Below are positions 38,931 through 52,030 of a DNA stretch of 64,000 bases, in pieces. Origin of the DNA: Octopus sinensis (Eukaryota). The stretch is taken from the NCBI RefSeq assembly GCF_006345805.1, contig NC_043000.1, forward strand, positions 4,030,001 to 4,094,000. Direction: 5' to 3'. Made by a program: the position numbers and the translations under genes. Position 1 is the stretch's first letter; each line of letters begins with the position of its first letter. A model generated the notes under the pieces. It made no database searches, was not told the origin of the DNA, and saw nothing but the letters and a program-made list of their open reading frames with translations.

Positions 38931-39437
38931 TCAATCAATCAAAAGCAAAATCAAAATCAAATTCGATGACTGGCATCCGTGCTAGCAGGGTGCAAAGGGC
39001 ACCATACGAGCGTGATCATTGACAGAGTGGCTAACCGGCTTCCGTACCAGTGGCACTTAAAGGGCACCATTCAAGCGTGGTCGTTACCAGCATCGCCTTC
39101 CTGGCACTTGTGCCCGTGCTACTAGGGTGCCAAGAGCACCATCCGAATGGGATCGTTGTAAGAGCAGCCAACAGGCTTCCATACCAGTGGCACGTAAAAG
39201 CGCACCATTCGAGCGTGATCATTACCAAAGTCACCTTACTGGCACCTGTGCTGTTGGCATGTGTAAGAGGATTAGAGTGAGGTCATTGCCACTACTGCTT
39301 GACTGACTCGGAGTGGTTGGCATTAGGAAGGGCATTCAGCTGTTGAAACTCTGCCAAATCAAGATTGGAGCCTGGTGCAGCCATCAGTCAAAATCGTCCA
39401 ACCCATGCTAGCATGGAAAGCAGACGTTAAATGATGA
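38931..39437 (+). mobile_element. RTE 3' UTR and tail fragment (second subfamily)
   Basis: (AAATC)n, repeated GCACCATTCGAGCGTG modules, canonical tail. Confidence 0.8.
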
Positions 39438-39903
39438 TACCTGTTTCTGAAGGGGTGAAGCCTGCCTGCCCCCTCTACACCCACATGGCATGTTACACTT
39501 CTGGCCCTAAGATACAATTATTTACTAGTACTGTGTCTAATTAATTAATAGACATGATAGTCCAGAGAAAATTTTGTCTCCATCTCATACTTGTCTTAGA
39601 TGAGGTAGCAACCACCCTTCTCCCTCACCCATGACAGGTTAAATATCTGGCCCTACAGTACAATATCCATTAATACTCTAATTAGAAAACGTCATGCGCA
39701 ACAGCAATTCAACTAGTGTAGAACAGAAAACTAATATAGCAGGTTTATTAAATTGATTAACTGTAATCACAAATTTGAGATGATGGACATTGTCAAGATA
39801 GATTATAATGGTGATAATGGTAGTGGTTGTCTCATGATTGTGATTATAAGGAAGATGTTACTGCAGATATGTTGAGATTTTGGTATCAATATATGATACA
39901 GTT

Positions 39904-40320
39904 AGGTGGTGAGCTGGCAGAAACATTAGCACGCCGGGCGAAATGCTTAGCAGTATTTTATCTGCTGCTACGTTCTGAGTTCAAATTCCGCCGAGGTCGA
40001 CTTTGCCTTTCATCCTTTCGAGGTCGATTAAATAAGTACCAGTTACGCACTGGGGTTGATATAATCGACTTAATCCGTTTGTCTGTCCTTGTTTGCCCTC
40101 TCTGTGTTTAGCACCTTGTGGGTAGTAAAGAAATAGGTATTTCGTCTGCCGCTACGTCCTGAGTTCAAATTCCTCCGAGGTCGACTTTACCTTTCATCCT
40201 TTCAGGGTCGATTATATAAGTACCAGTTACGCACTGGGGTCGATATAATCGACTTAATCCGTTTGTCTGTCCTTGTTTGTCCTCTCTGTGTTTAGCCCCT
40301 TGTGGGTAGTAAAGAAATAG
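39904..40320 (+). mobile_element. SINE family A dimer (full copy plus 5'-truncated copy)
   Basis: Junction GAAATAG-GTATTTC; 12-bp TSD ATATATGATACA at 39889 and 40321. Confidence 0.9.
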
Positions 40321-41037
40321 ATATATGATACAATTATGTTAAAATTTTTTGTTTGTATGAAGAAGAGAAGCCCTCTATCAGATATCCTTCAGTAGCATGA
40401 CCACAAATCAGCATCATGATATTGATTGTTTTCTTTTCTGTCCCCTTCCCTCTCCAGTTTTTCTTTCTCAGATGAAGGATTTTGCTCAAAAGGTCAGGAG
40501 TCTTAACTTCCCATGCCATACTTACCAAATTTATGAACTTTACTGAATAATTTTTGCGAAAGCAGCAGACCATCACAAGTTTCCTTGGACTGTTTTTTTT
40601 TCCTTTTCTTTTTCGTTTTTTTTCTTTAAATTATCAGTTTTAGTTGATTTAAACAGTCATGAATTTTATTTTTTATTTTGTATGGTTCACTAACGATGCA
40701 CTGACATGAACAGCTATAATTATGGAGAACAGTTTCTCCATAACATTTTCTGATAATCACAGGCAGAGCATCATCTTTATTGATTTTTGTTGTTTTTTTA
40801 AATAACACACACACACACACAAAGCAAAATATCTTGTGGGTGTTTTCTTCTGATTGATGAATATTTGAATATGGTAAGGAAGTCTTTTTTTTTTATTATA
40901 GAGTTCTTGAAAATAAATTAGCAGGCTAAATGGTGAAACACTTCAATAATAATTCCTATTGCAATCAAGACTAATTTTTTTTTAACAAAATCATTGAAAA
41001 TATTTGAACAGATAGATGAATAGATTGGTAGATAGAT

Positions 41038-41107
<70 letters not shown>

Positions 41108-41667
41108 ACTACTATATAGTGTAGAAATTTGACCAGCAGCCATTTTTATGATTTGGGAATAAAGATGAATTTATTATTGTTGTTCTTGTGGACACTTATA
41201 AACTACAGTTTCTTTATGACTGGAGGAAACTGTTAGAATAGTCAGGTGATTATTATCATTCTTTCGACGTCTATTGTTATTGTCATCTTCAACATCTTCA
41301 GGAGAGTTATTATAATTGTCACCATCATCCTCTTTATCGTTTTATTATTGCTTAAACCTATGGCTGTAAGCATTTCCATTTTTGATAACTGCTCTTCTTA
41401 TTCTTTTCATTTTCGTAAGCATGTTGAATGGGATTTTTAAAAATTACCTATTTTGCCTCAAAATATTTGTCAGTGCTAACTACTCCAGTTTTGTAGTCTA
41501 TTGTACTATCATCTGCCAATTATCACATGCCTATAACCACTATCTCCTGCCTCATGTACTGTTACCATCCACTACCTTGACGTATCCATGCTTCCATCAT
41601 CCACCTCAATTCTAGTTACTACCTTCTACTGTAGATACTAATTCTATAATAGCTATCACCAACTATA

Positions 41668-42070
41668 GGGCAGTGAACCGGCAGAAATGTTAGCACGCTG
41701 GGCGAAATGCTTAGAGGTATTTCGTCTGCCGTTACATTCTGAGTTCAAATTCCGCTGAGGTCGACTTTGCCTTTCATCCTTTCGGTGTCGATAAATTAAG
41801 TACCAGTTACGCACTGGGATTGATGTAATCGACTTAATCCCTTTGTCTGTCCTTGTTTGTCCCCTCTGTGTTTAGCCCCTTGTGGGTAGTAAAGAAATAG
41901 CTATTTCATCTGCAGCTACGTTCTGAGTTCAAATTCCACCAAGGTCGACTTTGCCTTTCATCCTTTCGGTGTCGATAAATTAAGTACCAGTGATGCACTG
42001 GGGTCGATGTAATCAACTTAATCCGTCTGTCTGTCCTTGTTTAGCCCCTTGTAGGTAGTAAAGAAATAGG
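41668..42070 (+). mobile_element. SINE family A dimer
   Basis: Junction GAAATAG-CTATTTC; 21-bp TSD TATAATAGCTATCACCAACTA at 41645 and 42071. Confidence 0.9.
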
Positions 42071-42374
42071 TATAATAGCTATCACCAACTACCATCATGT
42101 GTCCATTGCTCTACCATCACCTATACTTACTAGCTACCTACATCACATACTTCTACTCTAACTACCACCCACAACTGTCACCTGTCCTTTCTTCTGCCAT
42201 CAACATCATCTACCTTTCCTTTAGCGACTGTTTTATTACCATCATATGTCCAAATCGTCATCCATCATCCCATGTTTCTTCCCTAGTACTATTCTCTGCT
42301 GTCACATCCATTCTACCATCAGCTGAAGCTACCATCCACTACCATCACACAACTAAGGAATTAAAGTCATTTAA

Positions 42375-42925
42375 CCCTTCAGCATTCAGATTAAAATGTC
42401 AAATGTAATACTCCTTTATCCATGTACTGTTGTGTCTGGGGAGAGTCATTTTCTTTTTGTGCCTTGTAATGTAACACACTCACCGGTAAAATTTCCACTT
42501 TTCCTTATTTTTATTTTCCTAAAATTTTCGTTGCGTCTTGCAACCTTTTCCATAGTTTTGACTCTATTGAAAAGGTTGCAAGATGCAATGAAAATTTTAG
42601 GAAAATAAAAATAAGAAAAGAGTGGAAATTTTACCGGTGAGTGTGTTACATTATAAGGCACAAAAAGAAAATTACTCTCCCCATACACAACAGAATATGC
42701 TTCAACACATGAACTCATATAAAGAATCTTGCAAACCAAATCCAAAAACGAAAAATTTATCCATGTAGTTTTGAATTAATCTTGTTGCTTTGAGATTTCA
42801 GTGATATGACTGTCTATTTTCAGAATGACATCCTAAGTCAGTGTGAGAGGCCAGAGTTGGCCAGTTTTAAACATTAAGCAAGTAGAATATTTGGGCCAGA
42901 TATGGTCAGTTTAAATGCTAAAGGT
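42375..42925. mobile_element. piggyBac-type MITE (P1) carrying a nested insertion
   Basis: TTAA flanks; P1 body resumes after 42767. Confidence 0.75.
42427..42693. mobile_element. Foldback MITE (about 120-bp inverted arms, short loop)
   Basis: CTGTTGTGTCTGGGGAGAGT...ACTCTCCCCATACACAACAG, near-continuous self-complementarity. Confidence 0.85.
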
Positions 42926-43159
42926 TTAAATTCTTAAGACAGGTTTAGCATGAATCCTACATTCAATGTTCACCATTGTGTCATTCTAAAAAATTAACAA
43001 AGGAATGTTTCTGTATATATGTGGCTAGTTATGGAGTATATTTTGTACAGGCATTCTCACATTGTGGGAGTGTTGCATTCATGAAAATCTCTTGTTCGGA
43101 TTGAATTTCATAACATGAAGTTTGTGTTTTTCTATGCATGGCTCCAGTAGATGCTGGCA

Positions 43160-43440
43160 TGGCTGTATTGTTAAGAACATACAACCTCAGGCCGACAAAA
43201 GCCTGATGAATGATTGGATAGACAGAAAATAAAGAAAGTCCTCTGTGTGTGTGTTTATATATAGGCACAGGTGTGGCTCTGTGGTATGAAGTTTGCTTTC
43301 CAACCACATGGTTCTGAGTTCAGTCCTACTGTATGACACCTCGGGAAAGGGACTTCCACTATAGCCCCAGGCTGACTAAAGCCTTGTGGATGGATTTGGT
43401 TGATGGAAACTGAAAGAAGCCTGTTGTGTGTGTGTGTGTG
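43160..43440 (+). mobile_element. SINE family B 5'-half fragments
   Basis: GGCACAGGTGTGGCTCTGTGG head; GGAAACTGAAAGAAGCC. Confidence 0.7.
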
Positions 43441-43677
43441 TGTGTCCGGGAGTTGCAACCTATACAAAGTGCTAGTATTTACTGAGCCTGTGAGGGAACT
43501 TCTTTACAGTTCCTCAACCTGCTAAAAATAACAACCAAATCTTCTGAAAATGACACCCTTTTACAAGCGGGGAGTGACATTGGATAATATAATCTTGGGT
43601 ATGTCCCAACCTCACACAGAATGGCATGATTGCAATGGAATATCTTTGACTATAATTCTAATTGATAAAGGCTTTAC

Positions 43678-44090
43678 TCTTTTACTAGTTTCAGTCATTT
43701 GACTGTGGCCTTTCTGGAGCACCCCCTTTAGTCAAGCAAATGGACCCCATGACTTATTCTTTGTAAGCCTAGTACTTATTCTATCGGTCTCTTTTGCTGA
43801 ACCACTAAGTTATGGGGACGTAAACTCACCAACGTCGGTTGTCAAGTGATGTTTGGGGGACAGACACAGACACACAAACATATACACACACATACATACA
43901 TATATACATACATATATACATACATACATACGACGAGCTTCTTTCAGTTTCTGTTTACCAAATCCACTCACAAGGTTTTGGTTGGCCCGAGATTATAGTG
44001 AAAGACACTTGCCCAAGGTGCCACACAGTGGGACTGAACCTGGAACCATGTGGTTCGTAAGCAAGCTACTTACCACACAGTCACTCCTGC
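43678..44090 (-). mobile_element. SINE family B
   Basis: Reverse complement of the family B architecture. Confidence 0.85.
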
Positions 44091-44556
44091 ACCATAGCTC
44101 CTTGCTAAATAGCTAAACTACAACAACTAATAGCAAACAATCTATAAGAAATGATGTTACTTTGTAACTTTGTCAGTCTATATACTTCTATTATATTTCA
44201 TTTTATTTCTGTAAAACTAATTTTCTCTTGCATATAACTCTAGAATGTGGACATGTTGAATTGAGTAAGGTCATATATTATCTAAATAATTTGATAACGA
44301 AAGAAAAGAAAGTATAAGATTTGTTTTTACTTGGTAATTGTCTAGAAACAAATTGACTTTTTAAGCTTTAGTAGTTTCTGAGATACAGGAGTAAGCTATC
44401 AAACATAAAACCTGGCAGATAGTGTAGTAAGTAATGAATGTTTTGGTTGTTGGATATGTTTGTTTGGGGAATTGATGATAGTGATGCACTGAACAGGGGC
44501 TGTTTGGAAAGATAGTGTAGTGTACAGCCTTGTGCCAACATGGAAATTATAACAAA

Positions 44557-44955
44557 CTAGCAGTATCGCCCGGCGTTGCTCGGGTTTGTTTCGACCCTTT
44601 AGAATTGGAATTTTTGAAAAGTAAAAATTTTGCATTATGTAGTTTGTTATTCTCTTTAAGTGAACATTTTTCTGGTTGAAATACACCAAAAAATGGCGAC
44701 ACGGCAGTCAAAGAATCGTAAAAAAAAATAGGGATTTTCATAGAAAAAAAGCACCTTTTTTATGTAAATAATTTTTGGTGTTAACATGGTCCGATTTGAA
44801 TTTTCTCTTCTACGGAAGGAAGAGCAAGCCTTCTTCTATCATACTCTCAATTTTGGTCAACTTGCGCCTCAGGGTCTCGGAGGAGATAGTGTTAGTTGAA
44901 GGCTACCAAACCTGCCATACACAGACAACTTCAGCTTTATATATATATATAGAGA
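44557..44955 (-). mobile_element. Non-autonomous Helitron
   Basis: On the minus strand: A|TC start, CTAG|T end, hairpin CCCGAGCAACGCCGGG. Confidence 0.85.
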
Positions 44956-46521
44956 TGATGATAATGATGGAAATGGCAGCAACTATGATGATTCTAGTTT
45001 GCTGACAAGTTAAAAGTGATATCACATATCGGTTGAGTTATGTAATTACATTGTTGTGTTGTCGTGCAATTATGTGTTGAAATTCAACTGACATCTTGTT
45101 TTAAATTCTCAACTGATTGGAAGAGATAAAGTTCAATGAACATCAGCAATATTTCAAGAACCCTTTATGTCCTGTCCTGTCTTTTCACATATTAAACCAT
45201 TTTATAGCAAGTCATCTGTTCTTGTAAGACCGCCAATAAAACAGCTTCAGAAATTGTTCATTTGTCTGCAGAAATCTCATTAAGAATATGACAATGAGAA
45301 TCATTTAAATTTGACAGAATTCTAGAAGTGTTCTGGGTCCCCCCCCCCTCTCTTTTTGAATAGATTTGTCTTGTTTCTAATTTGTTTCAACATCGTTTTA
45401 ATTTTCTTTTATGAATTGCTATAATTTTTCTTTCATAAATATTTTGAATACAAGCGCAAGGCCCCCATAACATAAAAGGAAATAATCATAGCTAATTGGA
45501 TTGACCTGAGTACATGATTAGTATGTATTCATTATTGCTAAAAAGATGAATGACAACTCCAACTCTTATGTGATTCTAACCAGGACATATTTATTCCATT
45601 GATACAGTGTTATAGTTCATGTTTACACCATCAGCTCTGTATTGTATAACTTTACTGTTGCAATTTCATTACTAAACACTGTCTAGTATCATAATCTTCG
45701 GCTATGATAGTCTTAATGTCCTCTGCTTATCATGCTTATGCCATGTTTCATTATCCTCTCCTTTAAACTGAGAAGATTCCATGTCGGAACAGTAAGCCAT
45801 TTAACCAGTCACCTGTTTCTAGACAATCAAGATGTCCATTAATGCATTTTACTAATGGTCAATTCAGTCATTTAAGGTAGCTTCACTTTCACTGATTGCA
45901 TATGAATTCATCCACCCATTAATCCATAGGTCCTGACCTTAACCACTTGATCTTTCCTTGTAATCTGTGGAAACTAAATATAAACTAGCAGGCCACTAGA
46001 TAGCAGCAACACATTTCTAATTTTGGTTTGTTTCCACTGAGACTATGCTTTAAAGGTTGGTATGTTTGAAATCAATATATAAATCAGAAGACTGCCATGT
46101 CTAAATGGCATTGAACCACAGATCAACTGATGACAGAAGTGTTATTTACAGTCTTCAAATAAAGCACCTCATTTCATGTACAGTTTGTTTTTAAACTTTT
46201 GACTTGGCAGTAAATAGTTGTTGCTGTTGTTGAATTTGTTTTTGTAGTACATTCAGCTATATCAATCTCAGTCCTTATCTGATATTTATTCTATTAATTC
46301 TCGGGAGGTTAAGTTGACTCTGGTGGGATTTGAACTCAGAATAGAAAGAAATGGGACTAAATATTGTTAGACATTTTGTTCAACTCTCTACAGATTCTCC
46401 CATCTATAACTCTAATAATGACAAATACTTTTATTAACACTCTACTGAGAGCAGAGGAATATCAATTACAAGGATACTTTACAAAAACAATGGATTTTTT
46501 AAATATCAAGTATGGTGATGA

Positions 46522-46555
<34 letters not shown>

Positions 46556-46989
46556 GGTGATGGGTCATGAAAAGTTTTGAAAAAAAAGAAAGATCTACAA
46601 TAAAATATTCATCTTAAGATAGTTCCTCTATGGAAACAGCCACATGAGGCCAATCAAAGAAGCTCACAGATCCTGGATTATCCTGATTATCATGGGGCTT
46701 TAAAATAATAATGCTAAATGCTGCTATTGAACAAATCTTGTTTGTACATGGTCATTAATCATTCTCAATGTTGCCTGAAGAATTACACCCTGTGTCTTTT
46801 GTTTACTTCTTGTCTCACAGAACATTCTTCCAACTGTTTTCGTTTCTCGGTATTGTCATCTTTGTCAACTCCTTTGTTCAACTTTGAATTAGAATAATTA
46901 ATAGAGGATGTCACCTAATCAATTGTCTGCGTCTCTCTCTCTTTCTCTCTCTCTTTCTCTTTCACTCTCTCTTTCTCTCTCTCTCTCTA

Positions 46990-47345
46990 CTTGTTTCAGT
47001 CATTGAACTGTGGCCACTGCCTTGAAGGGTTTAGCCAAACAAATTGATACCAGTACTTATTTTTAAGTCTGGTGCTTATTCTATCAGTTTTTTTTTTGTC
47101 AGACTGCTAAGTTACATAGACATAATCAAAATAAACAAACCATCACAGGTTATCAGGTGGTGGCAGGAGACAAACACACACACACACTCAATGGGCTTCC
47201 ACACAGTTTCTATCTACCAAATTCACTCATAAGTAATTGGTCATTCTGGAGCTATTGTAGAAAACACTTGCCCAAGGTGTTGTGCTGTGAACTGAACCTG
47301 GCACCATGTGGTTGCCTAGCAATCTTCTTAACCTCTCAGCTGTAC
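46990..47345 (-). mobile_element. Old SINE family B copy
   Basis: CTTGTTTCAGTCATTG...ACACTTGCCCAAGGTG. Confidence 0.65.
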
Positions 47346-47831
47346 CTGAGTATAATCACTGCCTACTCAAATATGTTTTTTGTTTTGTTGTTCTTTTTTG
47401 TGGAGAAGGATATTAGGGGGAAGTCTATCTATGTAAAACACCTGCTTCCACCCTCCACCCCACTCCATCCCAGCATTCTTCTTGTCATCTCTAAGAAATA
47501 ATTGTTATGCAAGCTTGACATATAATGTCAGTAACTTTTGGTTACAAGCTTCAAAGTTGACACCAATTAGAGATGATAGCATATTTTGATATATTTTGAT
47601 TGCTCCCTTTGTGCATGTGCGGAGGAGTTAGAAGAGAGTGGGTGAGGTCTTATCACAAGATGTTCTATCTCTTGAAACAGACAGTGAGGAACCTTGGCTG
47701 GTGGTGAGATGCTGTGCTGAAACAGACCCGTCCAACCCATGCTAACAACTACAGGTCAACAGATGGAATCTGCTAAGTTTGATTCTGTGATCTGTCATTA
47801 AATTAATTGCTCTGTTCTGACATTACATTAA

Positions 47832-48052
47832 CTCTTTCATTACTGTATTTATTTTGAGATGCTCTGTATTTCTTTCAATTACTTTAAATGTAGCAAAGAA
47901 TTTAGTAAAATAACTTAGTTATCATTCAGCTGGTGTTAGGAACCATAAATTGTAACTAAGGTTTGGTGGAAGATTTGAATTCAAAACTTATGAAAACAAG
48001 ACATTTGTACTCAGAGCCAGAGCCGGTTTCAGCCGGGTTGGTAACGAAAGGG
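47832..48052. mobile_element. piggyBac-type MITE (family P2)
   Basis: TTAA flanks; C(C/T)CTTTC(G/A)TTAC / GTAACGAAAGGG TIRs. Confidence 0.85.
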
Positions 48053-48274
48053 TTAAAGTGTTCTTAGTTAAAACCTCCCACCAGAATGTCATATTAATTT
48101 ATGCTTCAAATGCCACCATAATAATATTTTCAAAAAAAAAAAAAAAAAAAAAGCCTAGAAAGGTTAAATGAAACAGCAGTCACTAAAGAATGTTTACATA
48201 GGTATGTCTTTTCTTATATCAGTTCCATAATCATCTGCCACCTCTGGTTCTATGGCACAAACTTCCTTTTTTAA

Positions 48275-48496
48275 CCCTTTCGTTACTGTATTCATTTTGA
48301 GATGCTCTGTGTTTCTTTCAATTACTTTAAATATAATAAAGAATTTAGTAAAATAACTTAGTTATCATTAAGCTAGTGTTAGGAACCATAAATTGTGACT
48401 AAGGTTTGGTGGAAGATTTTAATTCAAAACTTATGAAAACAAGACATTTGTACCACTGAGTCAGAGCCGGTTTCAGCCGGGTTGGTATCAAAAGGG
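48275..48496. mobile_element. piggyBac-type MITE (P2)
   Basis: TTAA flanks; CCCTTTCGTTAC / GTATCAAAAGGG. Confidence 0.85.
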
Positions 48497-49044
48497 TTAA
48501 GAGTAGTTACCAAATATAAATTGATGTTTCTGTTAAACATCCTCTCTGCAATTTCCGTCCTATGTACAGAGCTTGCTAAATTGCTTACAACACAATATTT
48601 TATTCATTGCTTACTTCTGTATTTTGCATGGCATGCCATATTGTCTATGGCATTCTAACAATCTTCTATCTTACATCTTGTTATTTCTCTCCTCCTCCTT
48701 CTCTCCCCGTCTCCTTCCAATATTTACATGCTTTTATTAATAGCTTTATCTGTTTTGAGTTCTACAGTTAAAAATGAATTATTCCATGCCTCTTAAAGTT
48801 TCTGAATTCTTGTGATGGTGATTTTTTTATAGGGGAAAAGTTGACAGTGAGTTTGAAGTTTTGGCTCATTTGATGTCATCAGCCTGAAACTTTGAAGTCA
48901 CCGTTAGGCTTTTCTTTGTAAAAATGAATTTGTTCTCAGCTGGAAACATATTGAGTAATCCTTCAGATTATTGCTAAATTAGTTTTATAAATAACATGAT
49001 ATAAAAACAAACAAAAATATATATTTGTGTGTGTGTGTGTGTGT

Positions 49045-49200
49045 AGGCACAGGTGTAGCTGTGTGGTAAGAGTGTAATCTTCTCATGGTTTCAGGGTCAT
49101 CTCACTGTGTTGCACCATGGGGGCAAGTGTCTTCTGCAATAGCCCTGAGTTGACCAAAGCCTTTTGAGTGATAGATGGAAACTGAAAGAAGCCTGTTGCA
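49045..49200 (+). mobile_element. SINE family B, 5' half
   Basis: GGCACAGGTGTAGCTGTGTGG...GGCAAGTGTCTTCT. Confidence 0.7.
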
Positions 49201-49204
49201 CACA

Positions 49205-49254
<50 letters not shown>

Positions 49255-49389
49255 ATATTAGGGAATATTATTCCAAACTTACAGGGAAAAATTCAATTTA
49301 GTAATACTAAATCAAATTTCACAATATATAATATATGTATATAAATTAGAGAAGAACCACCTTTTTACAACATTTAACATCTGTTTTCT

Positions 49390-49695
49390 ATGCTAAATGT
49401 TGATGATAATGATATATAAGTATTTGCAATATTGCATGTGTTTTATTGTGTGTGTTACTATTGCCTTGCTTTGACTTTGCATGATAGTTGTGAGTTCCAC
49501 TGTCATACAAGTCGTGTCTTTCACTTCCAGTCCTCCATGAAATCATGTCTTGGTCATAGGGAAATATTACCCTGCTTGGAAACAGGTGAAGGTTAGTGAC
49601 AGGAGAGGCATCCAGCTGTAGAAAGTCTACTTCAACAAATTCCATCAAACCCATTTGAGCAGAGAAAATTAGATGTTAAATGATGATGATGATGA
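49390..49695 (+). mobile_element. RTE-like tail element (third subfamily)
   Basis: GGCATCCAGCTGTAGAA...GATGTTAAA(TGA)n. Confidence 0.6.
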
Positions 49696-50277
49696 TGTTG
49701 TGTTTATGTGTGATGCTGCAACTGGCTTAATTCAAAGGAACCCCCTCTTTGATCATTCATCCTGATAGAAACAACAACCACATGTTCTTCAAATTACGCT
49801 CTTACCAGATTAAAATTAGATACTATTGTCCTAGGTTGCCAAAAAGATGAGACATTGCAGATCCTTCATTGAGTTTTTATGTCTTTTACTGCAGTTATTT
49901 GGTGCAGTAAAATACTGCTGCACTTGTCTTGTAAAAATGTGAAAACAAAAAATACAAACCAAATATTAATTTATACCAGGCACTTGCTTAACATTTCTAT
50001 GTATTTTCTGTGTTCTGAGTTTAAAAGATAAGTAAGTATATCCTTTGATAAATTCTAGTGTAGTTTTGCTTTGAAGTTTGGTCACAATATGGCTGTAAGT
50101 GCCAGCTTCAGTTTGTAGTATCGTGTAGGTGGGAATAGATTTAGTTGTGTGTTTTGTATGCTGTACAGATTTGACTGACCAGTACAGTGGAAACAAGTAA
50201 TACTAATTCACACTAAAATGATTTGCTGCAAGCTTCTTTATTGCAAAACCGTGTCTGCACCCATAGGAGGTCTGCAC

Positions 50278-50476
50278 ACAAGGAGGTACTGAAAAGTTTC
50301 TGGTTTTGGGTAAAAGAAAATAGAGGAAGATCAGTTAATTATGATTTCATTCAACATATTCCCCTATTAGCAGTCTTTCAGTTTTTCTAAGCCCTGTAAA
50401 AGAACTTGGAAGGCTGGGCTTCCACCCAGGCCTTTCATGATACCCTTAAAGCCAGGAACTCTTCAGCGCCCCCTCC
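50278..50476. mobile_element. Degenerate mariner-type MITE
   Basis: GGAGGTACTGAAAAGTTTCTGGTTTT versus inverted AAAGCCAGGAACTCTTCAGCGCCCCCTCC-TA. Confidence 0.55.
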
Positions 50477-50649
50477 TATATAGTAGCAACAATTACAACA
50501 ACAACCACCACTAGCAGTAGGGGCTCAGCAGCAGTGGTTGCTATGTGGTTCCTATTAACACAAACAGCCTGATTGGACCTGGCTAATGTAAAATGTAGAT
50601 TCTAAAGAAATGGGTGATGTTTGGCAAAAAGTAATGCAAGTGGTTTAAT

Positions 50650-51450
50650 TACTCTTTTACTTGTTTCAGTCATTTGACTACGGCCATGCTGGAGCACCGC
50701 ATTTAGTCAAGCAAATCGACCCCAGGACTTATTCTTTGTAAGCCTAGTACTTATTCTATCGGTCTCTTTTGCCGAACCACTAAGTTACGGGGATGTAAAC
50801 ACACTAGCATCGGTTGTCAAGCGATGTTGGAGAGACAAACACAGACACACACACACACTCACACATATATATATATACTAGCAGCATAGCCCGGGTATAT
50901 AAGAGCCCCTGGAACAGACATGATGCTCGCTGTGAATTTTAAAAATTTCCTGCCAATTTGTGAAAGATATTGTTGAAAATATGTCATCTTGAATTTGAAC
51001 GCGATTTCCCAAAATGGCATGATTTTATCGATTTTTTCTGATGGTAAGGTATTGCATGGAAAACTAACGTCAGAATTAAGTTTCTTAGGGTAACATTAAG
51101 CTTCACCATGAGTTTGGTGAAAATCGATTGCAAGTTGCGAAAATTACAACAGAAAATGTGTTGCAAATAAAAAGCTTAGATTCTCGACCCCATGTCGAAT
51201 TTATCGATTCTTTTCAGAACTGGGGGAACTTTTCAAAATTTTTGCTGCGTTAGTTTTGAAGTATGACATTAGGCTATGTGTGTGTCAAGTTTCATCAGAA
51301 TCGGTTGAAAGCCGTGGTCAGGGTGAGGGTACAACCTGACAGACACACAGACAGACAAACTGCCGTTTATATATAGAGAGATATATACATATGTATAAGG
51401 GGCTTCTTTCAGTTTCCATCTACCAAATCCACTCACAAGGCTTTGGTCGG
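50650..51450 (-). mobile_element. SINE family B split by a Helitron
   Basis: 3' half 50650-50877 and 5' half from 51382 flank the Helitron. Confidence 0.8.
50878..51381 (-). mobile_element. Non-autonomous Helitron with a partly deleted 3' hairpin
   Basis: A-CTAGCAGCATAGCCCGGG at one end; ACAGACAGACAAAC...TTTATATATAGAGAGA-T at the other. Confidence 0.75.
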
Positions 51451-51664
51451 CCTGTTTTGATGTGAGGGGAAAAGCGAAAAGTGACATTTTATACAGGACC
51501 CTTCATGGAGATGAAATGTAAATTGTTGATGGCTAAATAAACTGGGGCTATAGAGGTGATGCAAGAATGAAGATAAGCTAAAAGAGAAGACAGGAGAAGT
51601 TACAAATATTTGTTGCAAGGGGGCAGTGGTCAGAGTGAGGAGAAAATGAAAGGAGCACCAATAT

Positions 51665-52030
51665 CATCATCATCATCATCATCATCTAACGTCCGTTCTC
51701 CATGCTAGCATGGGTTGGACGGTTCGACCGGGGATCTGGGAAGCCAGAAGGCTGCACCAGGCTCCGGTCTTATCTGGCAATGTTTCTACAGCTGGATGCC
51801 CTTCCTAACGCCAACCACTCCGTGAGTGTAGTGGGTGCTTTTTACGTGCCACCCGCACAGGTGCCAGGCGAGGCTGGCAACGGCCACGGTCGGATTGGTG
51901 CATTTTACGTGCCACCGGCACAGAAGCCAGTCAAGGTGGCACTGGCTTCGGCCACGATTCGGATGGTGCTTTTTACGTGCCACTGGCACGGAAGCCAGTC
52001 GAGGCAGCGCTGGCATCGGCCACGATTCGG
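51665..52030 (-). mobile_element. RTE 3' UTR and tail element (young)
   Basis: (CAT)n tail plus repeated TTTTACGTGCCAC modules. Confidence 0.85.
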
